Origin: Laetmonice hystrix
Taxonomy: Eukaryota
Length of the DNA: 64,000 nt
NCBI GenBank assembly: GCA_965235115.1
Contig: OZ249436.1
Coordinates: forward strand, 43,216,001 to 43,280,000
Direction of reading: 5' to 3'
The notes below the pieces were generated by a model that was not told the origin of the DNA, searched no databases, and worked only from the letters and a program-made list of their open reading frames with translations. A program made the translations under genes and the position numbers. Position 1 is the first letter of the stretch. Every line of letters starts with the position of its first letter. Below, one piece after another: positions 36,524 to 49,921 of this stretch.

Positions 36524-36734
36524 AGTGCTGAACCCACCAAGGCGATTCCCCTTGCGACGCCCATGCGATTTTGACATCACCCTTTTATTTTACTGTAATT
36601 TTGAGATTAAAGGATGGAACCCATGTCCTGAAACGGAGAAGGCCAGCCAGGAAAAATTTCAGAGTGAAATTCCACCATTAAATCAAAAACCGCATGGCCG
36701 TCGCAAGGGGAATCGCCTTGGTGGGTTCAGCACT
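36524..36734. mobile_element. MITE with ~50-bp TIRs and TTA TSD (Harbinger-like)
   Basis: tta|AGTGCTGAACCCACCAAGGCGATTCCCCTTGCGACG ... CGTCGCAAGGGGAATCGCCTTGGTGGGTTCAGCACT|tta. Confidence 0.85.
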
Positions 36735-36964
36735 TTAGGGTGGAAAGGCACCGAAAAAATCAACAAGTTCAGCGAACATAAAGATTGCAAACGGAAGGTC
36801 CCCGGACCAAATCGTTTTAAACAAACGATACTTGACCAAAGGAATCGAACTTCTTTCACTTTCTAGTCTGCCCTGACATGTAGTTACCGGCTGCAGTTAT
36901 AACTGTCGTCATGTCCTCATGATAGTAGCACACACTACTTTGTGAAAACTGCTGTCCGCCCCCT

Positions 36965-37699
36965 GGTGACACCTTCCATCTTGTGAAGAGGTAGGTCATA
37001 TAGTGCTCACAATCACACAGGTTATATTGGTGTGAATATTGACACGGTAATAACCAGTAAACGTTCCGTGGTGACACCTTCCATCTTGTGAAGAGGTAGG
37101 TCATATAGTGCTCACAATCACACAGGTTATATTCGTGTGAATATTGACACGGTAATAACCAGTAAACGTTCCGTGGTGACACTTTCCATCTTGTGAAGAG
37201 GTAGGTCATATAGTGCTCACAATCACACAGGTTATATTCGTGTGAATATTGACACGGTAATAACCAGTAAACGTTCCGTGGTGACACCTTCCATCTTGTG
37301 AAGAGGTAGGTCATATAGTGCTCACAATCACACAGGTTATATTCGTGTGAATATTGACACGGTAATAACCAGTAAACGTTCCGTGGTGACACCTTCCATC
37401 TTGTGAAGAGGTAGGTCATATAGTGCTCACAATCACACAGGTTATATTTGTGTGAATATTGACACGGTAATAACCAGTAAACGTTCCGTGGTGACACCTT
37501 CCATCTTGTGAAGAGGTAGGTCATATAGTGCTCACAATCACACAGGTTATATTCGTGTGAATATTGACACGGTAATAACCAGTAAACGTTCCGTGGTGAC
37601 ACCTTCCATCTTGTGAAGAGGTAGGTCATATAGTGCTCACAATCACACAGGTTATATTCGTGTGAATATTGACACGGTAATAACCAGTAAACGTTCCGC
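36965..37699. repeat. 105-bp tandem repeat, 7 near-identical copies
   Basis: ggtgacaccttccatcttgtgaagagg recurs every 105 bp. Confidence 0.96.
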
Positions 37700-38597
37700 A
37701 AGGCTGACGTGTAAATACACAATAATGATGGAGCATTCCTCAGTATATTTACCCCACTTCGTTATGTGTTAGCCATTGGATTAACGCATTCTTGTGGTTC
37801 GTTTAGAACACTTTCTACCCTCTCGTCACCACACCTGACACAGCCACAACCCAGCCAAGGATTTCTCTTGACTGAACCAACAGCAGACCAAAAAATGTCT
37901 CAATCTAAAGTGGCAAATTCTGCAGGACTACTTTCATAACACGTGACCGAATCTGACAGAAACACATGAATGTCGGTATGCAAATAGAAGATATCATGAG
38001 ATGTCCTATTGTTTTTCTGTACTGCATGTCACTAAATCCCTGTGGGAAAGTTCAACCAAATGAATTGTTATTTCCCTGTGATGAATCCCCATCAACTTTG
38101 AGGGAGTATAGTTTTTTTTGAAGCTCTGGGAACCAGGGGCCGGTGTTAGGGGCAGGGGTAGGGGCTAGGGGAAGGTTCATGACAAGGAAAAGTGACTTTT
38201 TCGACCAAATTTCGCCTATACCATACGCGATCTATCAACAGATTCTTCGTTTGTTACAAGCTCACAAATTGCTATGGTTGGCATACAAGGAATCTCAGCA
38301 CGATATGGAAAACATAAGGCCCTTGGCCATATAACTGGTTGAGCGGTTCACCCAGTAATGCTGATAACAATCACGTATACCTGGCTGAATACCCTCTTCG
38401 GTCAACAAAATACTTTGCAATCGGGGTTTCCTGCCCCCTAGTCGATAAATTGAGCCCCACTCCAAAGTTTTCTGGTTTTATTTGTTTTTCCTGCCCCTAT
38501 ACCCACTCTGAAGGTTTTGTTGTATTCGGGTCTTCTTTTGTTGTTGAAGAATTCCAAGGAAACCACCGACCCTTACGGCAGGTAACCGAGAAACCTT

Positions 38598-38676
38598 ACC
38601 TTCAAGGAGAATCGAACCCAGGTGTATGGAACCCTGTTTAGTGGAAGCCTTAGACCAGTGAGCCTATCTCCATCCT
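38598..38676 (-). other. tRNA-like remnant (SINE head or LTR-borne cassette)
   Basis: Minus strand GGATGGAGATAGGCTCACTGGTCTAAGG...CCTGGGTTCGATTCTCC with A-like and B boxes. Confidence 0.45.
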
Positions 38677-39084
38677 TGACTGTTCGCAAGAGGCGACAAA
38701 TGGGGCGAGGGCGTGGAAAGTGGCACAGATTGATCTGAATACTTCCAGTATTTCCATTGATATTTTTCTCACTTGCCCTCCCCCTCCCCCCGTACTCCAC
38801 AACTGGGCCATCAAACGTTTTAGTATATGTGTCAGTGCGAATAGGCACTTAAAGGAACACTTTCCTGTTTTTTAAACGAGACGGGGATTGTCTACCATTG
38901 GTCGTTTTCTGTCTCACTTCATCCTAACACACACACACACCCCTCCGGGACTCGGGAGTACCAACAGGTACCACAACAAGTCTAGAGGTATTGTTCTCGG
39001 CCTGAATGTGGCTCAAGTATATTTCCGAAGAGCTCAGTCTCTATGACGACCTGGGAGGAGAATCTGAAGGCGTCGTAATCACCC

Positions 39085-39885
39085 AGCCGACCTGCAAGGA
39101 TACGAGCCGACCTGCAAGGATGCGAGCCGACCTGCAAGGATACGAGCCGACCTGCAAGGATCTTAATCAAATCTTGTAGACTCTATATCTACGACATATC
39201 TGCGGGCGGCAGGCGGCACGGTATCTGAGAGTGCAGGCGGCTGGCGGCACGGTATCTGAGAGTGCTGGCGGCTAGCGGCACGGTATCTGAGAGTGCTGGC
39301 GGCACGGTATCTGAGAGTGCTGGCGGCTGACGGCACGGTATCTGAGAGTGCTGGCGGCACGGTATCTGAGAGGGCTGGCGGCTGGCGGCACGGTATCTGA
39401 GAATGCGGGCGGCACGGTATCTGAGAGGGTTGGCGGCACGGTATCTGAGAGTGCAGGCGGCTGGCGGCACGGTATCTGAGAGGGCGGGCGGCACGGTATC
39501 TGAGAGTGCTGGAGGCTGACGGCACGGTATCTGAGAGTGCGGGCGGCTGGCGGCACGGTATCTGAGAGGGCTGGCGGCACGGTATCTGAGAGGGCTGGCG
39601 GCACGGTATCTGAGAGGGCTGGCGGCACGGTATCTGAGAGGGCTGGCGGCACGGTATCTGAGAGGGCTGGCGGCACGGTATCTGAGAGGGCGGGCGGCAG
39701 GGTATCTGAAAGTGCGGGCGGCTGGCGGCACGGTATCTGAGAGGGCTGGCGGCACGGTATCTGAGAGTGCGGGCGGCTGGCGGCACGGTATCTGAGAGTG
39801 CTGGCGGCACGGTATCTGAGAGGCTGGCGGTTGGCGGCACGGTATCTGAGACCGGACGGCGGGCGGCACGGTATCTAAGAGCGGC
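39085..39885. repeat. 20-bp x4 repeat followed by 24/31-bp GC-rich minisatellite
   Basis: gagccgacctgcaaggatac x4; ggcggcacggtatctgagag(t/g)gct ~25 copies. Confidence 0.93.
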
Positions 39886-40330
39886 TGGGGCTACGACTGG
39901 CGGCAGGGTCAATCTCACACAGGACATGACTGTTGGCAAGGAAATTATCGGCTCACGTGACCGTCACATGATCCCGATCCTCAAACGAGGCTGGATCCGA
40001 ACGTTTCCTGACTTTAATAACATCAGCGTATAGACTGATACAGAGATAACAACAGTGACACTCAGACAACTTAAACTGACACTCAGACAAGTTAAACTCT
40101 TCAGCTGGTGTTTAAACCTGCCCCAGCATGCACCTGCAGATCACATCACGTGACACCACTTTGTTCATACAGGTTTCCGGGCTTCGTTAAATCGGTAGAT
40201 TCGTGTCTGTACGACCGGCTCGTCCTGCCGACGGCCCGTGTGTAGTGAACTGTTATGTGTGTACTTACACTAGAGAAGGTACACAGGACGTCTCAGTCTG
40301 GGTCTCTGACACCAAGTTAATAGCTAGGCC

Positions 40331-40441
40331 TACGACAATAAGTGCATGAGATGCAATTGGATTATCTCAAATTGAGTATCTAACATTCGGATTTCGTCTT
40401 CACCGTTTGTTCCAATTGCATCTCATGCACTGATTGTCGTA
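40331..40441. mobile_element. 111-bp hairpin MITE with TA ends
   Basis: TACGACAATAAGTGCATGAGATGCAATTGGA ... TCCAATTGCATCTCATGCACTGATTGTCGTA, 31-bp TIR with one mismatch. Confidence 0.8.
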
Positions 40442-41036
40442 CTTTAACTATAAAATCGGTCGTAAATAGCGATTTTTACCGAGTGCCGTCAGAACCAGGG
40501 AGTAACTTCTTTAAGAGAGCGAGCAGCAGACGTGCGAAACTATGCGACAACCTCGTGGGCATATGCCCCCCCCCCCCTCCGCACGAAAAAATAGGATTTT
40601 TTTCTGCATTCTAAGAACATTTTTCTATCGGTAAAAAATAAAATAAATCAAAACGAAAACGACAACAAAGAATGTGAAGGAAGTCTACAGACCGGTAAAT
40701 CACTACGCCTAGCGTTGTGAGGCGTATCCTGCCGCGCAGCCAAGCAACATAAAGCACACGTTTTTCTCCCAATGAACAGATAGCGGTCGACGTTTCATGG
40801 CTGACTGAGTTATCCGCGCTCCGATGTCATATCCGACGGGCCCAATTTTGATAATCTAATTGTGTCCAAGTTAAATCCCTGTGGTTTCAACCTCAGGCCT
40901 TCATCAGGATTATTGAAGTAGAAAATCACGAGGAAAGAATTTACTGACAGGACACTGACAGTCGCTAATTGACGCTTTCTGTCGGTTCCCTCCTATTGTC
41001 GCCAAGAACCGAGAACTAGAAGCTTGGTTCAAAGCA

Positions 41037-41161
41037 GTGCACCGTGAGCCAACCCGAGAGCCGATGGCGCCAGCAAAGAAGTGCACCGTGAGCCAACCCC
41101 AGAGCCGATGGCGCCAGCAAAGGAGGGCACAGTGAGCCAACCCCAGAGCCGATGGCGCCAG
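41037..41161. repeat. 44-bp repeat x3
   Basis: gtgcaccgtgagccaacccgagagccgatggcgccagcaaag. Confidence 0.88.
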
Positions 41162-43099
41162 AGATGATTACGATGGATTAAAAGTCTGGGGCAAGAGTGG
41201 CACTTCTTACTAGGCAGTGGAGAGTTGAGAGTCACTAACAAATTGAAAGGGCTTAAAAAATTAAACTGGTTTTAGTGGCCAACGACCATTGTGGACCAGA
41301 TACCCTTAGATATGAATTTTAAAATGCGACTTTTTATTTAGACTTTCTAAAAGCATCGATATTTTTAAATTCGTATCGCGGTATGGTATCGGAAACAAAA
41401 TATCGCGATGTTCCAAAATAATGCTGATTTCTTAAAAGTATATGATGGACCCGAATGTCTGTCTATTCGGCTCTGATTGTCACGTTGTCACGGAATGTCA
41501 AAATATCGGTACTTTTTGGAAAGCCCCCCTGCTCCCCCGAGCATATATTTTTCTTCTCTTAGATTTAACGGATTGGCGCCGAACGGGAAAGGCGAAGCAT
41601 TCCTGCCGTTTTGAACCCTTTGAGCGATGAATCCACAAAATATAATGCCCTAAAATTGTCCCTGAAAATCTTGGACACGTGCCTGGTACTGTTTCAAGTT
41701 TACTTGTTGGATATCATTTAAAAGTTAAATAGTCTTTTTCAATGCCCTCTATCCTGTTAGGGAAGAAAACCGGCACACGGTGCTTTTTAATATGTTTTAC
41801 ATGGTGTCCCTTTAAGGTTCGCCTCCAGACAGGGGGAGCGTGTAGCAGAAGTCATGTTTGGGGAAGTGAAGCCTGTACAATGATCTCCTAGGTAAAGTTC
41901 CTACCTAAACACCATCTCTCCTTACTTATCAAACTCAGCCTGGCCAGCTGAGTAGTTGAGCTAAAGCCCTACACCGAGGTGGGCTCCTCCATTTGTAATA
42001 TTTAGTCAAGTGCCCCCAACACCAGACCACTGTTACCAGCTCAGTACCCTTACCCCATGGTACCCGTTCATGAAAGTGGTCGTAGACGTTCGGGTTGGGG
42101 ACAAGACTATAGTATAGGCCGGTCAGCGATCAGTGGGGGTTAGGGGGGTTAACCCCCCTTGGTAACCATTTTTTTTCTCCATATTATACTTTCTGAATTG
42201 ACCTTGCCGACTCCCTCCCTTTAGCAAATTCCTCCCCAACCCCCAACCCCCCGCACCAAAATCCTGGGTCCGCCTCTGGGGATGAGATTTTCGGGTTAGG
42301 GGCAAGTTTTGAGCTCTTACCGCCAAATTTTGTCGAGGTCTTACCTTAGAGAATCTATTGCCAACTGGTCGCTAAACTAACGGCATGATATCAGACACAT
42401 GAAAAACAGCCCACTGATAGGCTTACAAAGTCAGTATTGTTGCTGCACAGAGCGCGCTGGCGACTTTTGTGGCTGCCATATCAGTAAAACACATGTATTT
42501 GATGAACAAATATGTCGGTGTTGTCACGCTGCGTTTATAACTGAAAGCTAACCGTACGCCAGCCACCCAGTCTGGCCCACGTCCCGACTGGCATGTTGAT
42601 CACAAACAACATAACCATAGCACACGACGGTTCTTATTACAACCAGGCAGAGAGATGGCAGATTTTCAAAAAAATAAAACCTCAATTATTTATTTATTCA
42701 GTGACGTAGAGCGTTTGGTACCGGGACTCTGATGAACGCGGAAGACGCCACTTCCTGTACCGGTGTCTCGTGCAGATTATCCCTCGTAATAATATCCCCA
42801 CGAGCTCCGGGGTGGAGGTGAGGATTGGGGGGTCACACTCAGGGATCACGATAGGTTTGAGTAGTGATCAGGGGACAGGGGTTACGGGGTATTTAGGGTT
42901 ATCTCGGGAGAGTGATAGATTTGTCATTATTTGCAACGAATTTCGTGGCGATTTAACCATGGGGGGTCTGACCTCGAGAATCGCGAGTGAAAAACGAATT
43001 CTGGATGACTATTTTACACAGAGTCAGGGGGCATTTTGTTGAATCTTGCAGCCTCGCTCTCTGGGTTCCTAATATTTCTACGATAAGCCACGTAACCAA

Positions 43100-43196
43100 G
43101 GGCGCGTTTCACAACCTCTCGTTAGATTTTCGTATCGTTAACACCAATGGGAATTTTAACGCAGGACAGGATAACGATGGTTGTGAAACGCACCCC
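43100..43196. mobile_element. Harbinger-like mini-MITE
   Basis: gggcgcgtttcacaacc ... ggttgtgaaacgcaccc inverted repeat. Confidence 0.65.
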
Positions 43197-43529
43197 TGAC
43201 TTCTTGTAATACGGCCTGTTTTACTGGTGCTGTCATGCTGACACAAATCAACCAAACACAACGGGAAACACCTAAACTCTACTCGTTGGCCCTTTCAGAG
43301 TTGTGATCTAGTATCAACTTTACACTTTGTAGATATTGCACTTCGGAAGGAAAGCCCGCATGCTTCATGCTCTAATAATATGTCTGAGGCGGAGCCGAGT
43401 ACTCATCAGATCATGAAACACGAGAGCATCATCAACGAATGCAAACACTACGTTAGCTCACTGCTAGAATTGAAGGTGACATTAAGCCCCCATAAAGGTA
43501 TACGTGTATTGAAGCATAATATGTAATGT

Positions 43530-43757
43530 AATTACAAATGTAATACAAAACTTACTAATCTTAATCAGTTACAAATGTAATACAAAACTTACTAATCTTA
43601 ATCAGTTACAAATGTAATACCAAACTTACTAATCTTAATCAGTTACAAATGTAATACCAAACTTACTAATCTTAATCAGTTACAAATGTAATACCAAACT
43701 TACTAATCTCAATCAGTTACAAATGTAATACAAAACTTACTAATCTTAATCAGTTAC
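43530..43757. repeat. 37-bp AT-rich minisatellite, 6 copies
   Basis: ttacaaatgtaatacaaaacttactaatcttaatcag. Confidence 0.93.
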
Positions 43758-44139
43758 ACTTGTAAATTGTCTTATAGATTTGAAAGTTGCCAGTTGATGT
43801 GAGACTGCGGTCTGACGAGGTATGCAGTATCTCAGGGGATCGTCACGTTTTGTATGTTTTGGCCTGGTGCCTTCCGATTGTCCTGACGGTCCCTCGGGCA
43901 CTGCCACCCGCTCGGTCCGGCAGAGGTCACTACTGGTCTCGTTCAGGTCACGTGACTACCTGACCGCTGGCCCCAGGCCGGTGCTACCTGCCCAACACCC
44001 TGGGGTCGTTTCACTAGGAGGACCTACAATGTTAGTGGAACGAATCCCACGTCGGAGACGGACCAATCACACCTGCTCGACTGAGAGATGATGAAGTAAC
44101 CTTTTATTGAAGAACCTTAATCTATAGCTAAATGCCACA

Positions 44140-44320
44140 GTGACATAGTGGTCAGTGATGTTCAACTCTCCGGGTCTCATGTTTGTTAGGTACCTGCTGC
44201 AGTCCACTGATTTCCTTGGGTACTCCGGTTTTATAACCATAAATACGGTACCCTCCGTCAGACAAACTGTGCCGCCTTGATTACGACAGGGGTTACACGT
44301 TGCCGTAAATCACAAACACC
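44140..44320 (+). mobile_element. Degenerate V-domain-like SINE
   Basis: A-box-like tgacatagtgg, then tttgttaggtacctgctgcagtcc...gggtactccggttt core and gccgtaaatcacaaac tail, similar to 22478-22636. Confidence 0.5.
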
Positions 44321-45006
44321 GATTTCAACCCTTAAACTTTAATTATAAATATGATGTCAATCACCAATCAGTTGCTAGTTAATAAAATGCTAGTACTGTA
44401 AGTACAATGTGTACCCTTTAGTCCTTAGATCATATAGTGCCCGCGGTACATACTGGTCCCCCAAAGGACCCAGGGGAACTAGGACAATTCCTGATATAAG
44501 TCAGATATAATATTGTATACAAATGTTCACTTCTTCAAGGCAATAATTCTGATCAAAAGACTGACATCCTCTACTGTCTCACAAGCGCACTTTCATAGAC
44601 GATGAACTTGTCTAGACCTAAGTACATTTCCTGGAAGCTATCATCTCTAATCAGCGGACGGAAAGTTTTGTTTTTTCCCACCTCTCTTTCTCTCCCTGTC
44701 TCTCCATGAAAGTGAAGTACTGTAAGTGGTCAGACACCCCCCGCCTCCCTCACGGGGAGGACCCCAGGCGAGTCTTTCAAGCGGGGTGTGATGGGGGGTA
44801 TTTTAGCCCTGTGTGGGCCCCGTCACCTGGCTGACTCTAACTTTTCTTCTCAGGTACAGACATTTACATCAAGTCATGACCTCAATTAAGCATGCAATCT
44901 GACGTCGGGCCAACAGTTTTTACGATGAAACCTACACGAGCGACCTGCCTACATTCACATATATAGATCCCTGAAACCGGAAGTTGGCAGCCCTGCCAAC
45001 GGCTCG

Positions 45007-45022
45007 CAGCGCCACCTACTGG
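45007..45022 (-). promoter_or_regulatory. CTCF-consensus motif
   Basis: CCAGTAGGTGGCGCTG. Confidence 0.4.
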
Positions 45023-45971
45023 GATAGCTCAGGCATGGTTGATGTTGAGCGGGCTGCCCAGACGGCCGCCGTGGAGTGAAGCTCCCTCCAGGCTACTGTT
45101 CTGGAGCAGGCGTTGAGCATTACTTCGACACGGCTTCCTCCAGCTGATGGGTCTGACTGGTACACGGGAGAAGTTGGTGCTGCAGACCCTGCATCACCTC
45201 CAGCGTCGACTGGGCACGCTGGCAGACCTCTCCAGGTGCTGTCGCCTGGAGCAGTACTGGAGGAGGGCATGCCGGGTAGAGAGTTGGCGGTGGGTGGCCC
45301 CAGGTATGACGACAGACCTGGCCATGACTGTAGCCTGCACGACATCACTGGCCTTCGGCGAAGTCGGTAGTGATTTTAAAGTGGGCGGAATATGGCAATT
45401 TCTTTGCCTATTTTTGAGTCGACAGTAAACATTCAGATAATTTACCTTATTTCGCAAGGCTTTGCCCCCCCCCCCCATTGGGGGGGGGGGCAGAACCTAC
45501 AACAAACAATATTCGTTAACAACCATGAAGATGTCAAAGATGGGAAATTTTCTCTGCCCTCGAGCACACCCTGATATAATAAAATCAGAAATACCAGTTG
45601 ACACGAATGACGATTTCTGCTTAGTGTTTTCCAATATTTAACCAATTATTTACCTATATACCTGGTAGCTATACCTGGGTATTATCTTTGTTTCTGGGCC
45701 TACATTTTCTATTTCAAGTATCCCGATAAAGATCCATTAAATACATGGAGTAAATCAAGGGTGTATGACAAGATTCGAAGTGCCCTGTTATCTAATATAC
45801 AGGGAAAGTCTGGGGCAGACGTATTCATATAAGAAGCAGTCACATTGTATCCCCCCCCACACCAACCCCCACCTTAAATAACAATGTGACGGAAAGGAAT
45901 GTCTTTTGTTGTGAGTAGCGGTTTCCCGCGATGGTTTTTAGGCCTGGAAAGGGGGTTAAGCTGCCGGGTTC

Positions 45972-46215
45972 GGTTACCCCCAACCGGTCCTCGCCCATCA
46001 GTTATGGACCGTTACCCCCAACCGGTCCTCACCCATCAGTTATGGACCGTTACCCCCAAACGGTCCTCACCCATCAGTTATGGACCAGTACCCCCAAACG
46101 GTCCGCACCCATCAGTTATGGACCAGTACCCCAACACGGTCCTCAGCCATCAGTTATGGACCGTTACCCCCAAACGGTCCTCAGCCATCAGTTATGGACC
46201 TTTACCCCCAAACCC
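45972..46215. repeat. 38-bp minisatellite, ~6 copies
   Basis: gttacccccaaacggtcctcacccatcagttatggacc. Confidence 0.92.
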
Positions 46216-46254
46216 CCAAATCTATGACCAATTACGGACAAAATTAACTAAATA

Positions 46255-46434
46255 AACTGAAATTCCCGAATTGTTTCCTAGTATTATGTCATAGAACTTT
46301 AACAGAAACAAAATGTGGTTCAAGAGAAATATCAAATTCCTTGGCATTTTCCTCGTATTTCTATTTTTCATGATTTTCCAGGCCAGGAATCCCAAATTTC
46401 ATTAGCCATGACTTTTCATGACCGTGGGAACCCT
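46255..46434 (+). mobile_element. hAT-like MITE, right half (same family as 56866-57127)
   Basis: Ends ccatgacttttcatgaccgtgggaaccctg; internal ttttccaggcc...ccaaatttcatt shared with the 56.9-kb copy. Confidence 0.65.
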
Positions 46435-46809
46435 GCAGTTGGATGTCAAATTAGCTGCTTCTGCTGGTTTAGATACATACATGTATTTTGAAACATGAAA
46501 GTGACCTCCTTGGGGCCAATCTCTAGGCGACACCTTACGTATCGTAGTTACCTGATACAAACAGAAGAAAACGCTTTCTCTGGGATAAAAGTATTCTTCG
46601 ACCTACAGTTGCCATAGAAACCTGTCCGGTGGCATCTCGGATAGAATATTCAGGTAACCGTTGACAATGGGTGTTTGACAGTGGGAGAGCTGCCTGAAGG
46701 TCGCCTGAGGGTCAGAGCAAAGGTCTCCCTTGACAGTGGCAGTCAGTGGACGTTTGTTACGTGATGTGTCACCATTTACGTCCTGTGAACTCGGTACCCT
46801 CATTCTGGT

Positions 46810-47570
46810 TCTGTCTCTCTCTATCTCTCTGTCTCACTTCTTTCTGTCTCTCTCTCCCTGCCTCTTTCTCTCTGTCCCTGCCTCTCTCTCTCTGTCTCTG
46901 CCTCTCTCTCTCTATCTCTCTGTCTCCCTTCTTTCTGCCTCTCTCTCCCTGCCTCTTTCTCTCTGTCCCTGCCTCTCTCTCTCTCTCTCTACCTCTCTCT
47001 CTCTATCTCTCTCTCTCACTTCTTTCTGTCTCTCTCTCCCTGCCTCTCTCTGTGTCCCTGCCTCTCTCTGTGTCCCTGCCTCTCTCTGTGTCCCTGCCTC
47101 TCTCTGTGTCTCTGCCTCTCTCTCTCTATCTCTCTGTCTCACTTCTTTCTTTCTCTCTCTCCCTGCCTCTCTCTCTGTCCCTGCCTCTCTCTGTGTATCT
47201 GCCTCTCTCTCTATCTCTGTCTCACTTCTTGCTGTCTGTCTCTCCCTGCCTCTCTCTGTGTCCCTGCCTCTCTCTGTGCCTCTGCCTCTCTCTCTATCTC
47301 TCTGTCTCACCTCTTTCTGTCTGTCTCTCTCTCTGTGCCTCTGCCTCTCTCTGTGTCTCTATCTCTTTGTCTTATCTCTTTCTGTCTGTCTGTCTCTCCC
47401 TGCCTCTCTCTGTGTCCCTGCCTCTCTCTGTGTCTCTGCCTCTCTCTCTCTCTCTCGATCTCTTTCTCTTTATCTCTCTAGCTGTCTCTATCTATCTGTC
47501 TTCCCCCGGTCTCTCTGTGTCTCTGCCTCTCTCTGTCTCTTTCTCTCTGTCTATATCTCTCTCCCTCCTG
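46810..47570. repeat. Compound CT-rich microsatellite
   Basis: CT/CTGT runs with recurring ccctgcctctctctgtgt motif. Confidence 0.95.
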
Positions 47571-47757
47571 CGGACTATGCAGAAACAGGCCAGAACAGCG
47601 TCATCTCCGACCTGTTTTAAGGGGCCAATCAGATATCTATGTGTCTCTATGAAGGTTTCTGATTGGCCAACGCTCGAGCCGATCTCAGGCCTCGGTACTG
47701 TGATTGGCTGAAGTAGATCGCGCCAAGTTCACGCGGGAACTGCCAATAAAGATATCA

Positions 47758-47895
47758 GGTCCCGGTTTCAGAAAGATGAAGATCTTAAGCTCTGCTTAGG
47801 GCCTCCCATTGGCTGGTTGAAGCTGAGCAGCAGAGGACCAGCCAATCTGAGATCCAGGGCTTAACTTAATATGCTAACCTTTCTGAAACCGGGCC
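47758..47895. mobile_element. Harbinger-like mini-MITE
   Basis: ggtcccggtttcagaaag ... ctttctgaaaccgggcc. Confidence 0.7.
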
Positions 47896-49921
47896 TTGGC
47901 CTTCTGTGAGGTATAAATGTCGGCAGTTCTGAGAAAATAGCTAAACATGCAGACCAGCTCCCCGAGAAATATAGCTACCATATTAGCCCTCCTATATATG
48001 CGTAGGCCTATAGCGAAACAAAAAAAAACCCTCCTCCTCTATGATGTGACTATATCCCATATAAGTCAGGAGCTTGAACTGGACGTACTTCACATCATAA
48101 AGATGTGTTTACAAATATCTTCAAACAAAAAATCCCCCGTAAACATTACCACGACATAAGGAAGAGTGGAAGCAAGCCCTTCGGATGCACCTTCCATATG
48201 TTTGACACCACAGTTGTTATTTATAGACTTCAAAGAAACTTCTACACTAGATAACCTCCAATGTGTTCCTTTCTTTTCGCCCGTTTCCATCCTTTTTTCC
48301 CACCAACATCTCAGGCTAACCTCACTCACAGTGCAGACAAACTTCAACATCTAAAAAACATCATGATGTGAAAACATGCCATAATTCAAAGTTCATGCGA
48401 GTGAATGATGCGCCATGACAGGTCTGCATTCACTGTGATGGGCTTCGTTAGCAGTATGTGTATACATTACGGCTTCACTGATGCTCACCCTGCCTTCTCA
48501 GCTCGACACCCTGACCGTCGGGCGGCAACAAAGGCACCGAAACGGCCCTCCCTGTCTGCCCCCGGTCCGTTTCGTTTACCGTCCCATGTAACAACAACGT
48601 GCACGCGGTCGGGAACGTGTCTCCCATTGGTTTGTTTTCACTTCCTGCAGGGGAATCTCTCGCCGCTCCTGATTGGTTGTGTCCTGACCAAACGTTGCCA
48701 TTCACTCAGCGACAGATGTCCCCATTTTTTACGGTTTTGTCCTCCACCCTCTCTCTCTTTTTGTGCGTGTGTCCGTTCTTTCAGCTGTTTGTCCTTTTCA
48801 CGTCACCTGTCACAACTCGCGACTTTTTTTCTCTGCGTTCAAATGCACCTCACACAAATACATGTATAGCTTTGTAGTGACTGTCCTTATGTTTTTGTTT
48901 GAATTAAAATACATACATCTAGACATTTGAACCGAATTGATCAATTTTGTTCCCTCTCCAAGCATAACAGTGACCAAATTAACTAGACTCTGGCTTTATC
49001 CTCGTTTTTAAGCTTTCGTCGCCGCAGCATGAGATACAGTCCCATTAAACAAACACTCGTTCTCAGGTATACGCCATCAATAAGCCCGGAAAGAAAGAGG
49101 GAGAGAAAAAAATCTGATCCATTGCAGCCCACTGCGGCACTGAAGGCCATGGGTAAATGTTTTGACAAGCTGGGACGGAAATTTACTCGGTGAAACCTAT
49201 GAGAATCATCTTAGCCGGGAAGGTCAACGATCACAATAAAAAATCTGCGGACGCAAACTGAACAAGCTGGTCTTAGTGAGGCACTTGGTGACAGATCAGA
49301 GTGCACTGGGTGCAGTCGGCACATGGCAGCAGCGGCAACTATGTCGGTAAAAAAATACCGGATGGTTCATGTCTTAAAGGGCTTAAATTACACAACTTTT
49401 ACGGTCCATGAATTTCTGATTCGTCTTTTTGCACCCAACAGCGACATCCTCTGCTGGCCTCTAAAAGTTTAAACGTAGGCTACCACTTATATCCTGCGAT
49501 ATTGAATGGAGGGGGTCATCCCCCTTACTCGTAGGCCTATAACAGTAGTATAACAAAAATAACATCGGGTTGGTTAAGTTTATAGGATTCTTACGGCTCA
49601 GTATGTTTGCAAGGGCCTCCACTGGGGGGGGGGGGTGTTTGTATTAATCACTGTCTCACTATTGAATCCCTGACCTTCAGTGTTCCTATACCCCCCGCCA
49701 GGGGCGTGAACGTATACAGGTATAACTGACCATACCTGAAGCGCGAGTCAAACGACGACCAGCTCACAAAGGAAAGCGGGGTCGCGGTGGCGTAGTGATC
49801 TGAGGCCCGAGTCGAGCAACGATTAGGCCAGAGGAAAGGGGGTCGCGTAGTGATCTGAGGTTCCGAGTGGTGACCACAAGATACGTCACCTCTGGGTCCC
49901 ATCGAACCACAAGTGAGACAG

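Noticed and set aside
38853..41811. Possible 3-kb TTAA-flanked element (AGGAACAC...GTGTCCCT)
   Set aside because: Only an 8-bp imperfect inverted match; not distinguishable from chance.
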